A DNA stretch of 62,000 nucleotides, the filler included, from Diploschistes diacapsis (lineage: Eukaryota): assembly GCA_023645945.1 (NCBI GenBank). It is 14 parts of 14 records of this genome, joined end to end, with 100 filler letters (N's around TTAATTAATTAA, not from the genome) between each part and the next. Parts side by side here need not be neighbours in the genome. Positions count along the whole stretch, not along the records: positions 16,969 to 42,361 come from JALAIB010000210.1; 13 more parts are not named here. One strand, written 5' to 3'. Below, piece after piece: positions 25,400 through 37,919 of this stretch. Under the pieces are notes generated by a model, which was not told the origin of the DNA, made no database searches, and worked only from the letters and a program-made list of their open reading frames with translations. How positions within the stretch are numbered: the stretch's first letter is position 1; every line of letters begins with the position of its first letter. The translations under genes and the position numbers were made by a program.

Positions 25400-25990
25400 T
25401 TATAAGGGAAAGCGCCGAGAGACGAGTTCCTGATCTCGCTCACCCACCCGTGGTCCTGCCTGCGCTACGCAGACCTTTTGACGCGGCGTAGCGGGCGGCT
25501 TCGATACCGACCCGCCGGAAGACACTGGCCGATCATTCGCACTTTCGGCCGCTTTAAAGATTCGGCACATGAGCGAAACGACGTCCCTCTCGTTCAACCG
25601 TTCGAACAGGGCCGGATCTGGGGAGAAGAGCGAGTCGGCTGCGACGATCTAAAGGGTAAGCTCGTTGCCAACCCTCGCAAGGGGTACGTTTACCTATGCG
25701 AAGGATTCGCTGGTGAGCGCTGAGGGCATCAGTTTCGCTTTCTTCGAGGTCTGGTCCGTGATGAGTCCGTCCGGTCATTCGACGCGCAAAGAAATCTTTA
25801 CGTGCTCGCCCTGGTGGTTCTTCACTCGTTTCCCTTCCAGGGTGACGTCAGCAGGGGTAGTAACGGAGCGGCTACTGAAAAAAAGAAGGGGCGGACGCAC
25901 TGATCGGCCAGAGCCGGTGCAGTACGGACCACGTCCTCTGACGTCTCGGGGCAGGAACGACATGCCTCTGCGAACTGCAAGTTCAACCCT
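25400..25990 (-). pseudogene. GC-rich decayed gene fragment, unknown fungal family
   Basis: In-frame KISLRVE*PDGLITDQ...ELTL*IVAADSLFSPD...VVSLMCRIFKAAESANDRPV with three internal stops. Intron-like GTGCGT...GCTGAC...AAG upstream. Confidence 0.45.
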
Positions 25991-28900
25991 GAAAGTTTTA
26001 TGCCAGTATTTGATTGCTCGGTGTTTCTTTACCTACCAGGCTTGTCAGTAAAGCATATTCGTTATTTGAGAATATGTTTTCCTTAGCTGCGAACCGTTAT
26101 GTTTAGGTATCTTTATTCCGCTCGTGGAATTCATTCTAGGAGACATCCCAAGAGACATATCCGAAGGGGATAGGCTGCGGTATCGGAGTCATTCAAAAAG
26201 AACCAAATGTCAAGTCCTGAGACTCGATGTTCGAAGGTACTTATGCTATTCTATTCACCGACAGAAGCTCGAGAATAGGTACCTGTGGACCTCAAATGGG
26301 CCTTCAAACTCTGCAAGCCAGATCCTAGCAGAATTGTGAGTTTTTCCATATCATCCAATGTCTTTGATGGAAGAGGAAAGTTCTGTTGTTGGTGGAACAT
26401 ATTAAGTATTATGAGCCCGGTAGCCACGTACGTAGTCCCGTGGATGACGGCGCAAACAGTCGATATTAATGATGCTGCAGCAGCGGTAATGAGATGCCCG
26501 GTAAACCAGTACCTAAGTCTTGCACCCCGGAGTTTATCTGTTCTTTCTTGTCCTTTCCTATCTCGAGAAAACCAGAAGCAAGCGCCCCACCCACTCATGG
26601 ACGTTGCCCACCGCTCATCTCATATAGTCTTCCAAGAAGTCACGACTCACTCGTTATACTCCTTTTGCATTTAGCATTCTGTGTACTCCTCTGCCACTCT
26701 TAATGTTGCAAGTTTTCTTTCCTAGCGGTATCCTAGGCGCTGCCAGATGAAAGAACTTTTAAGTCTCATTTCTGGTGGAGGGTTTCTTATCTTTGGAGAG
26801 TAGATGAGAGACCTGAGCATTGTTCTATGGGCCATCGGTGAAGAAGCCTTGTTAGGCATCCAACTGTCCAGAGAGGAACATGAAGATGTGTAATCATGAA
26901 GGTCATAAACCAAGCAGATCGTAAACGTTGAATTGAGACAGGGCAAGCATGCCGTGAACAGCAGGTTCTCTTCATTCATCAGAAAAGTTTATCTAATGGG
27001 TCTACCCAACGTTTGACTCATGATTAGTAAGAAGCATTAATAGATGAATACAATACAGCTTGCTATAGAGCAGAACTTGGTTGCGTATGGTTTTTGGTAA
27101 ATTGTTTGGTAGACCGACAAAATGCGTAAGCTTGGTGCTTTTGTCTAGTGTTTCTTATAAAACCAAATTTCATAGCGTATCTTAGTAGCTAGTGGGCCTA
27201 AGAGATCTCCCTAAATTTGGGAGAGACATGATTGGGGGTGCCATGTTTCTGAACCTTTTTAACTAGTATGTGTCGAAGTAGTTTTAGCTTGCAATCCGTC
27301 GCCAGTCTTGTCTCCATCTTGTGCTTCCTATCAAGAAGCTCGGGCCATTTCGATCTATCTGGATCGGCTTTCTCCCACAACTTAAATACTGCTGGCCATC
27401 GTGAGAAGGTCTCCGAACATATAGCGAAAATAAAGGTGTTCAATCCGGACTTGCAAACAATCCGGTACATTCTTAACTCTCAAATTTCGTGGACTATAGT
27501 GTAGCGATGTCTTGCGGTATGAGAGCCTACGCCCATGATCTGCCAATCAGTCAGAATGGGTGGATGCTGTCATAAGCATTGGCTAAGTATAGATCCAAAA
27601 CGCTTCCCTCTGTCATATATGCCACAAGCTAATAAAATGTCGACCAGTTTTCTATGGTCGTGGTTGCTGTCTTAAGTAAGTAATTGATCCCTGGCTTCTT
27701 TAATAAGGTAGAGATAATACACAGACCCAACGGCTTTCTTGCCTTCATCAATGATTTCGTAAGATCAAGTGGGCGAAGTTGCGACGCGCAACGCTCAATA
27801 AACTTTCCCAAACGGTATCCACAAGATTGTCCACGTAAACTGTTCAAATAGCTAGACGAGATTTATTGTAGCTCATCATTATGATGAATAGACGGGAGCT
27901 AGCCTTCCACAGGTGGTCAAGATGGCCAGACCGTACTCAGTTTGGAAGCAAGCGCAGAACTGCTTCTTTTACAGACTGTACGGATTCCACTTCAGTATTG
28001 GATACGCGCGTCAACTCGATAGGCCAGCTGTTATCTTGAGACGGCTTCACTTTCTCCATGTAATCGTCTTGATCCTGCAGTTGGGATGCATCATATATAT
28101 ACACAGCCCCAGGAAGAAATTACCTGCGTCCAGAGCTGCGGAGAGTGAGTAGATCACGAACCTACTCGCCAAGTGAATAGGCTTGTAACCTAATGAGCTC
28201 ATGCAGAGTCAAATCAAACAGGTAGTGCTTCGCTGTTAGCTTGATTTCGCAGTTATGCCAGCCTCCAACATTCCAGGCCGCAGAAATGTCAACGATGAAG
28301 CGCCTGCCCTTTAGGGTCTCGCTTATAGGTTAGTCCTAACTTCAGCCAAGAAGGCTTGTGTTCTTGCCTCAAAGATCTGGTAGCCAGGTCAAAGACTTTA
28401 TGAATCTGGTTTCTGTATACTAGTTACGTGAAATGTAAAGGCCAAGCCCTCCCTAACAAAAGACGAATAAATACCTTTTGCGGAGTTATAAAAGTTCCTC
28501 CCCGACTTGGAAGAGCCGCTCACCCTAATGATCATTGAATTCAAAGGATGCGCAGCCCACCTGGCTGACAAGAGAGACTTCTTGGCCCTGTGTGGCTATC
28601 ATCTGATGTTTCAGCCATCTAGTAAGCTTAGTTCTTCACTCTTTTTGTTAACCATCGGTTGGTACCGAAGGGCATTCTCCATCCTGATTATGTTATACAG
28701 TGTAGTAATAATCTGACCTCGATATCGCTCATGTTTGTTCCTTTGAACCTTCTCTGCTCATAACGATTAGTGTTAATACATCCCAGACAAGTTGAGGTTG
28801 AAGGGTAGATCCAGCCTCGCAGGGTATAGGAGGTTTCCCTCGGTCAATTGCATAGTGTAGCCACCTTCTCATGGATTCAGTAAATAGCGGGAAGATGGTA

Positions 28901-31440
28901 GCCAGCTTGCCACTGCGACCGAGCAAAACCCAGAGATAAGGTGATTCCCAGAGCCTATTATCTCTGTTTCCTTCCATCTGCCGATATCTGAGACTTGGGC
29001 ATACGCAAGCCGGCATTTGTCCCGCCTGCGAGTATTGATTTGTCAGGTGTAGTTGGCATCTAAGCCTCGGCCGTTAGTATACTAAGAGAACTTCGACTCG
29101 ATTGATAATTAGGTTGTTCTTAAGACCTTCCTCCGCTTTATACTCCCCAGGAGAGATGCTCCCTGCTTCCGTAATTTGTCTCTAGTTCCTGTTTGACTGT
29201 ATTATGATGTACTATTATGCAGTCCAAATTCGTGATCCTCTTTGAGGGCCTAGGAATAGATGTGCATTCTCTTAAGTAGCCACAAAGACTGTTCCTATGG
29301 GCTTCCATAGTTTCTTCTGCATTCGATTGATCGAAATGCTCTTGTCTTTACCCTAGTTCCTTATAACTCTTTCGCACGGCCTTGCGTTTGGTATATATCG
29401 AAACCATCCGTGGACTCTTCTATGGGCTCAGCACAGGTAGATTCAGCCGCTCGGGTATTGTATACAAGCCGGTAAAGATATCCTGTAAAAAAGGGAATAG
29501 GCGGTTCCGCAGCTTCCCTCTCACTTCCAGCGTAGTTCCGAAAGATCCGTATGAACACTGTCTTAGTACTTGCGTGTGTTCGTTTGTACCGAAGAAACCT
29601 AAGGCTCTTTCTAATTGAGGGATGACTGCAAAAGTTCCTTTCTGATACCTTTGATTTGTGCCAGGATCGTATGCGGTTCTCAATCGAGCACGCTCTGCTC
29701 AAACCGCACTAACTTCACTGTGGGTTGGACGGCCTGATTGGGATATCGAGTATCTTTGTTAGCAGACAAGGCAGAGCAGTCCCCAGCTGTTCCGTGACGA
29801 GCTCTGGAACGAAGAAAGGAACGGCACGAAGCTTTTGCACATCTTTCGAGTTTCTGCTAAATATACGCACAAAGCAACAGCGCACATCCCAACGCAAGCG
29901 GATGAGCACAAGGTTACCACAAAGCCCCTGAGGTACTTGTCCAGTGCGCCAGACAAAGCGTGCTTCGATTTTTGAACTTATTCATTGTACAATATTAAGA
30001 TATGTAGATATAGCACCACATAACAGGATTCAAAGTACCTAAGTATAGGAATGAGGGTGAGGAAGAAAGACCGAGGATTGTGGAGGGAAGGTGGGAATTT
30101 ATATCTAGGTTGTTTGCTCGCGCTCGGACTTTCGTTGCGCTTTTCGATTCAATGCCAGGGTACGAGCTTGACTCATACTTGGAGTGAATATAGTGTTTTG
30201 CGTCATCGGGGAGAATCTCTTCCTCCTTAATCTCAACCTGTGGATGGTCCCTAGGAATGACCATGGAGCTCCCTTAGCTCCTTTGTCCCGATATATGTCG
30301 TTCGAGTTACAGAACCCGGCCGTTGCCATACTCAGCCGGAAACCTGATGATCTGTATCTCCCTAAGAAACGTGGGCAATTTGGGCGTAAGCGCCTGAGAT
30401 ATGCTAAACACTGGCAGCGGCTGAGCGTCAGGATTGGACCTTTTGATGAGGTGACCATGTAGAGTAGCACACATGCAACTTCATCGCAGCTCAAAGGGGT
30501 CATGACAAAATGCATTTGGGGGGACCTTAGACTAGATGTAAGTGCTTGAACGCATGGTTTAAAATTAACACTCTCAAGATGTTTGACCATACAAGGGTTC
30601 CGAAAAAGTAGGACAAGATTTCTAGCCACATTCAACCAACGGAGGGGCCACGAAAGGTGCGAAATACAGAAAACCCCATCTGTGATACGCTTCCAATCAC
30701 CTATGAGCCAACTGGCATTGTGTGATACGGTAGTTTGACAGGTTCTTGCCTGGCCCTCAGTGAGGCCGACGTGATGCCCGATAAGGCCAACGTGAAGAAA
30801 TGATTGTAGCCTCATGTAGTATAGGTCTGTCACGTGTCAGGGTCTTCACTGCCTTTATACTGAGCTAAGCGAAAGTCATTCGAGTTTCATGACTCTCCGA
30901 CGGCCTGTGGTTGGAGTATACTGCTCTCTGCCCTGTTGCCTTGATATTGGTCCTTTCCGGAAAGCGACAGACCTCTCGCTCTTTGCGTGGCAGGGCTTAA
31001 TTACCCAGAGGCAGATCCGGCTGAAAGAAAATATTTTGAGACTAATCTAGGTACACTGACAGGATTTTCTCAATCAGGTTATTAATGTACATGATAGCGA
31101 ACATAATTACATGAGTTTTTGTAGATGAGCTATGCAACATGCGAAGGCGACTGTAGACTCGAAGACATAAGAAACATGAGAATGAGCGAACATTCAACGG
31201 CAACCAAGCAACATCACACAGCTCTGAGCGCTCCGCTGGGTCTCCCGCCATACCCGGAAAGCCATAACCAACATATGAGACAAGAAGCCCAAACAATCAG
31301 TAGCATCAAAAATTCAAGAGCATCTGTTGCACCGAATCTTCCCCCTTGCATTACTTTTGAGACTCCCGGCATTGACTGTCGCCATAGCACCTTTTCTAAC
31401 TTCGTCGGCTTCAATATGCACCCTTCACCGGCTTCTCGCC

Positions 31441-34400
31441 TCATTGGACCGTCTCTTCCTTTTCTCCACTCCCGAGTAAAGAGCGAAACCCCCACGATGC
31501 TCTCGCACGCTCGTATGCCGTCGGCCTTTTTTTCTGGTGCACATTCTCCTTCTGTACGACCTCTGGCGTCTTCTTCTCGACAATCTCCCACTTCGCCGGC
31601 GTCGTAAAGGTACCCAGCGAGTCGGTCGCACCGTTCTTAGGCCAGCGGTCAATGTGGCCTACGCTCTGTAGCTTACCGGAGTATTGTTTACTAAGCTCTT
31701 CGTAGAGGGTGCGGTATGTGTCGGCACTCTTGTCAAACTCGCCGAGACGCTGGTAGGAGCGCTTGAGCAGCTCGAGGTGAAGACGAGCGGTTTCGCCGAG
31801 GTCATGGTCGGCGTCGACACCGTCTTCTTCGTCGCCGTACAGGACTAGACGGAGGATCTCCTCGTGCAGACCCATTGCATCACGGTAACGCTTGGCACCT
31901 GTGTAAAGTTGAGAGAGGATGAGGTACATCGAGAGCGTGTGCTTGTCGAGCGAGCCGAGGGTGCGGCGCAAGTTATACGCAATGTCTTCGGCAAGATGGA
32001 TGGCGGAGTCGTGGTGACCGTGGGCAAAGCGGGCGATGACGAGTGAGCGGCCAACTTGAATGAGGGTGTCGCGGGACCACGTCTTCTGGACTGTGCGAGA
32101 AGACCAAAGTGAAGCAAGCAGGGTCTGTGGGATATGTAAGCAATGTCAAATTGGGGGGTTGAGATTCATAAAGACTCACCTCGAGGTTCTGATAGTTCTG
32201 CTGTTCGCCTAGGAGGCCAACGAGGGCGTCCAGATCCTCCATGGTGAGCTGCACAAAGTTGATGTTGTGCTCGCGGCAAGCATCGAAGACCTCTTGGATG
32301 ACGGAGCGCGAGAGCTCAAGCATTTCCTTCTGAAGCTTATTCTCGCCCTTGCCGTGCACATCACGACCGGCAAGGTAGAGAGACAGCTTGAAGCCATACC
32401 CAATATTGTGCAGATGCCGGTAGGCACCTTGGGAAGAAAGGAATTGGAAGGCACAAAGAGCCACTTCATAGGCCTGGCGGTACTGACCGGCCTCTACCAG
32501 GGATTTGACCCTATTGTTACTGGCAAGGCAGGCAGCGTCCACTATATGATGCTGATGTCGACTTCCTCTACCCAGTTCTTCGAGCAATAGCTCGTAGAAT
32601 ACAAAGGTAGTTTCGCGCTTGGTCTTGAGGTGGGTTCCGTATCTCTTAAGGAAAACCTCGAAGAGTTGATCGTCCAACATTTTGATTTGCTGATCACGCT
32701 TCCGAGTGACCAAGAACGTCCGCAGCTGAGATCCGAACTTGAAGGTCGTTTCGAAGCGATCAGTCTTGACGACTTTGATGTACTGCTCGTAGAGAAATGT
32801 CTCGGTGAGCAAGTCAACCATGATCTCCGTGTAAGAAACTCGTTCCTTGCGTAGCAAACTCTCCTCGAAGGCCACCAGAAAAACGTAGGAAATCTTCCCA
32901 ACCTCGTGGTCAAGACTGAAGCTGCACCCAGAGTTATCCTTGTAAATGATCTGACGGCGAAGCATTCGCAAAAGCTCAAATCCATGCTCAGGTAGCTCGC
33001 AAGTTAGATAGATACCCGCTAGAGAAACGGCCGCCTGGAACAAGCGCTCGGAGACAGTCTCCTTGGAGATGATCTCCACCGCATGACTCTGTAAAGAACG
33101 GACAACCACTGCATGCGACTCTTGGGTATTCTGCTTTCTGTAAAGCAGCATCAATTCACGAAGCTCCGTCAAAGTGGTTTCGTGCCAATATCCGTACTGC
33201 ATCTTTAGCTCATCGAAGCGTTCCTTGACCAATCCAATGCCGCGTTCAGCAATAGCCGGAGACTTTGACTTCCCGGAATTGATGACCTTAATATACGTGC
33301 GACTAAGGCGCTTTCTAACTTCGTTGATGACTGTAGTAGTTACTGTCACGGTCGTGACGGTTGTGGTAGTCTTAGTCGTCGTTGTCTTCTTGATCACTTC
33401 TTCATACCGGCGAATAGCTTCTTCGTGATGGCTCTCATGTCGTTCGCATACCTTGGCAAGGGAGATCATTGCAGTGATGGTTAGCGTGGAGGATTCACCA
33501 AAAACCTTAACAACCGTTTCATGATACTGGACGGTGATCTTATAGAGCAGCGAGTATTCCGCCCTCGAATGATGATCGAGGACATAGACATAATTCTCGT
33601 AGATGGTGATGATGAGTTCCTCTGAGAATTTGTACTCGCTGGAATGATGTACGAATGACTCCCAGAGAGTCTCACAGATGGCCTTCAGCTCGGTCCAGCG
33701 CTGCTCCTCGCGATAGTGCTTGCAAAGGATGGCTGCAGCCTCGAATGCTTCTTTGTGACAATGCTTGTGGCCCTTGTTGAGAACAGTGACGATTTCTTGG
33801 TAGTAGTCGTAGCCGCCCTTCATGCCGTATGCGACGCAAAGAGCACCAAGGGCGTACAGAGTGCGAATAGTAAGTTTATGAGTGGCTCCTAGATTCTTCT
33901 TGTACCCTTCCAGAAGCTCGACGTAAATGGAGATAGCTTTGTCGTGTCGATGATAGTCTTCATAGAAGCGTATCAAGATTAAAGCTGCGTTCGTTACCCG
34001 CTCATCGTCGATCTTCAACGTGGTAATGCAAGAGCGAAAGATGCGTGAGTATATGCGTTCCGACTTCTCGTATGACTCTAATTTCCGGTAGGAGAGCGCC
34101 AGATGATAAGCGATTTCGATGGATTCCAAGACACCTTCACTTGGTAAAGATAACTTGCCTTCGCCTGTTATGAGAGTACCCCATGTGAGTTCCAGAGTCT
34201 TGGTGATAGTCTCGACAGCAAGGGTCCAATTCTCTTCGTGGACATACAAAGATGCCAGAGCTGTTGTCGCTTTGATGAGCTCTGTGTAGATCTTGGACGT
34301 CTTGCACCGCTCATAGGTGACTTCATAGACTTCACGAACAGTAGCAGTCGAGACTTTTGTTATTGTCGTGGTCTTGGTTTCAGTCGTGGTTTTCTTAGTC

Positions 34401-37400
34401 ACCGTTCTTCTGACCTCTTCTTCAACCGTCTCGGAAATCAAAACAGTAGTTGACTTGGCCTCTTTGTCGTCGATTCTGCCGCTCTTCTTGTACCAGCCCC
34501 ATACAGCTGTGAAGACAGAGATTGCGACGGCCAGAAGTCCAACGGCCTTCATGGTTTCTCCAATCTTCTTCAAGCGAATAGCGATTACTTCGGAACCGTG
34601 CATTTCATGCCCATACTCACTCCAGATAACCATCAGGATGTTGGAAGCCTCCTCAATGCGGCTATGCCTTCTTAGAAACTCGACGTACGAGAGCGCCATG
34701 TCGATCTTGAGCACGTGCATGTCAACAGTACGCTTTGAGCGGCAAACTTCTGTGACTCTCCGCCAGAGGGTCACATAAATCTCTTCGGCCTCAAAGGTCT
34801 TTCCACGAGCAGCAAAAGCTTCCGCTTGTCTTATCGTTAGCTGGATCCGCTTCCTATCCCAGACCTCAAGCGTTTCTTCGGCAGTTTCGAAAATTGAGGT
34901 GGTATACCTCTCAACATCCTCGGACTTTCCATCCTTGTTGATCACGACAGTAAGCTCCTCAGAGACTTCCCTAGCTTGCTCTGAGGATTTGCCGTACTTC
35001 TTGATTGTGAGCTCATAGACCTCATGGTACATCTTCGCGGCCTTGCTTTCCTCGTGAATAGCCAAGTACAACGCCGCGAGGGCTTTGCAATGCTTGATGA
35101 CGATCTCACTCTGGTGTCCATGCTGGTGCTTGTGAACCTCAATTATGTATCTGAGCATTTCCTCCTTGAAGGTCACGAGTTCCGTTCTTGATGTGAACGT
35201 GAAAGATTCGACGCAAGCCAGGAAGAGCTTAGTACACTGGACAGTAATGATGCTGTACTCGCGAAGGACCAGCTGTCCAATCTTAGATGCTCGATAATAG
35301 CAGACACCGGCTTCACGTTTCTGGGCCAGCTTATCGTGGAATAGGGCCACGATAATCAGAGACTGGAGAACATCTTCATGTTTGTCGCCAAGTATGCTTT
35401 GGCGGATGCGTAGAACAAGGTCATGTAGGTGGAATGCCTCCATAATCGAGGTTTGAGATTCCCAACAAGCCCATTCTAAAAGAGCAAAGAATGTTGACTC
35501 AGGGTAAACGTGCTTGAGCTCGACTGTAGTAGTGATTCCACCTTTGCTATCGATCCAGGACGACTGGCGGAAATGAGAGGCCCAGTACCGTACCGCATAC
35601 TCGAGAAGCTGATGGTTCTGAAAGACCTCATCCACCGTGGTTTTGTCCAGGCTTTCAAACGAGGGCTCGGAAGGTTTCGCGAGGCGAAGCTTTACATAGA
35701 GTAGCAGCTTCAGGACCAGCTCTTTGTGAGCATCGATCAAGCGTATCGATTTACCTTCACGGGCTTTCTTCATGAAAAAGTCTCGGATGGTGGAGTGCCG
35801 AAAACGTAGGATGCCATTTCGGATGACCACTGCGGGACCGCACATCTCCTCAATGTGCTTATGACCATGGGTATGTGTCTCGATAGATCCCTTAGCAACA
35901 TCAATCTTGAGGAGATCTTGTACTTCAACCAAAGTTAGAGGCCTTTCGGCAATCAACAGCCAGGAGAACAAATGCTTAACATCGGGCTTCGTAAAGTCAA
36001 TGCTGGAGAATAGCTTTTCCATGAGACTGATTTGATCTGTAGGCGCCTTCATAACAACTTTAATGTCATTCTTCTGGATGGCTTCAGCCTTTGAGGTTCT
36101 CCAAGCAAGTTGTGCCCACACGAAAGAGGCTTTGGCATTATCAAGAATCCAGTCAAGGATCTGATCTTTCTCAACAGCGTTCAAGGTAGAGTATTGTTGG
36201 ACGACTTCGAGCTCTGCCCGAACAAACCTATGGATGTCATCGCGGACAAGGTCAGGCTTTAGATTAAGAACGCGTCGGCCCTTTGCGGTACTCGGGGGCC
36301 ACGGCAAGGGCTGACTAAACACGATTGACCGGGCATTCCCAGACTTTGTGGAGATCTCATTCAAGCGCTCGCAGATGCGTGTCTGCACAGGCTCTCCACC
36401 AGCAATTTCATTCAGACCATCGATGATAAGAACCAAATTAAAGTCCTTGGACTTTGTCACGGTCTGGATGCCTGTTCGCAGAGCATGCCACAGCTCGTCC
36501 TCGACCTCGGATCCCGTCTTCGAAGTGTAAGAGATTTGATAGGCCCGGACAAGGTGATTGTAAAGATGTGCATCACCAGCATCGCGTTCTACTAGTTGGA
36601 TTAACAAGCCCTTGATGAAAGCTAAGGAGGTCCTCATGCTAGGAACGTCGGCTTCTAGGGTACTTCATTAGCTCCGTGGATGACAAAAATAGCCAATATA
36701 CTTTACCAAACGTGAACGAAATGGTCTCATACGACTTCCTCCCAAGCGGTCTCTGTAGTCTTTCCTCAGCCCAGCCTGAAAGAACCGACTTTCCACTTCC
36801 TGCAGCACCGTCAATGGACATGATATGATCGTTGCTGCGGAAGAATTCAAGTAGATGCCTTTGCAGCCACTCGCAGGAATACTCTGCTCGGACTGTCTTG
36901 GCAGCCGCGCCATCGGAAACAATCAACTGCAGCGTGTTGTCACGAGGTCCAAGCCAACTTCGGATCGCAGCAATGTCAACGGCTGCGAGTATGGGTCAGC
37001 AGGCAACCTATGATAGGAGACAAAGCAGGACTAACATTGCTCAACCTTGTTTAAGCTGTGACTCCAGAGGATGTCCACAATGATTGTCTTATGCCGGTTG
37101 AAGTTCTCCATCTTGCGGCCAAAGAGACCCGAAAAGTCCACGGAGACCGAACCCGATGATAGCTCTAGGGAGAACTTAGTCTCAGTCACTGCGTGGGCAA
37201 CACTCCGGGCTTACCGCCAGTTCGTTTCCTGTAGTAAACAGCAACGTCCCCAACGAGGGATGTCAGATCGGAGTAGGCATGAGCCAATTCGTCTCGGACC
37301 TTGCTGCTTATATGATGCAGCCGCTTGTTGCGCAAGAAGAACGATATGGACAATCCTAGCTTGTAAAAGACGCCGAAGGAAGCCTCCAGAGCCTTGGCAT

Positions 37401-37919
37401 TTTCTGCGCCCAACTGGCAGAGATTTAGTAAGCGGCAACAAGCGCGACGGTGGCAAAACCTACATCAAGCAAGAGACGGCAACAGCCTAGTGTAAAGTGT
37501 AAGGCTTGCTCACTGTCCCGAGCGAATTTGCGGACCAGCTCCTGGTATGATGATAACTGAAGAGCAAAGTACTCGGCCGATTTCAAGACTTTGTCCCACC
37601 TCCCGCCTCGATGAGGCATGTTTGTCAGGCGTTCATTACTAATGTACTCCATGAAGGTATCGATGTCGATGTCTCGGAAGACGCCATTGTCGACTTCGCT
37701 GCCGAGAGCGCTTTTGACCCTATGGCGACTTTGCTTCCATGAGTTAGAGACAATTGACACCTCAGAGAATGTTGAGCTGGATGTCGTGTTTGAGCTGGAT
37801 GTCGTGGTTTTGTGGACGATGGAGCCGTTCGTTTGACCGTCTTGCACGCCCTTCATCGTGCCTGATGTCGGCCGTTGTGAGTCAGTCCCTGCGGGCGAGC
37901 CATTGCTAATAGTAGCCAT
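31441..37919 (-). CDS. Large NACHT/STAND NTPase with helical N-terminal domain and long TPR-like array (fungal NLR-like), ~2072 aa, 6 exons
   Basis: Exons 37919-37464, 37413-37215, 37164-37036, 36982-36707, 36654-32180 and 32124-31441 with GT-AG introns join in frame (6219 nt). Walker A DGAAGSGKS, Walker B LIIDGLNE, WHD-like AERPLT...FRHSTIRDF and LLEYAVRYW, repeated (L/Y/F)G..H..T..L TPR motifs. Confidence 0.92.

Noticed and set aside
30105..30833. 242-aa minus-strand ORF
   Set aside because: No recognisable motifs and a non-ATG start; only a short segment in a different frame (VIPRDHPQVEIKEEEILPDDAK) looks protein-like.
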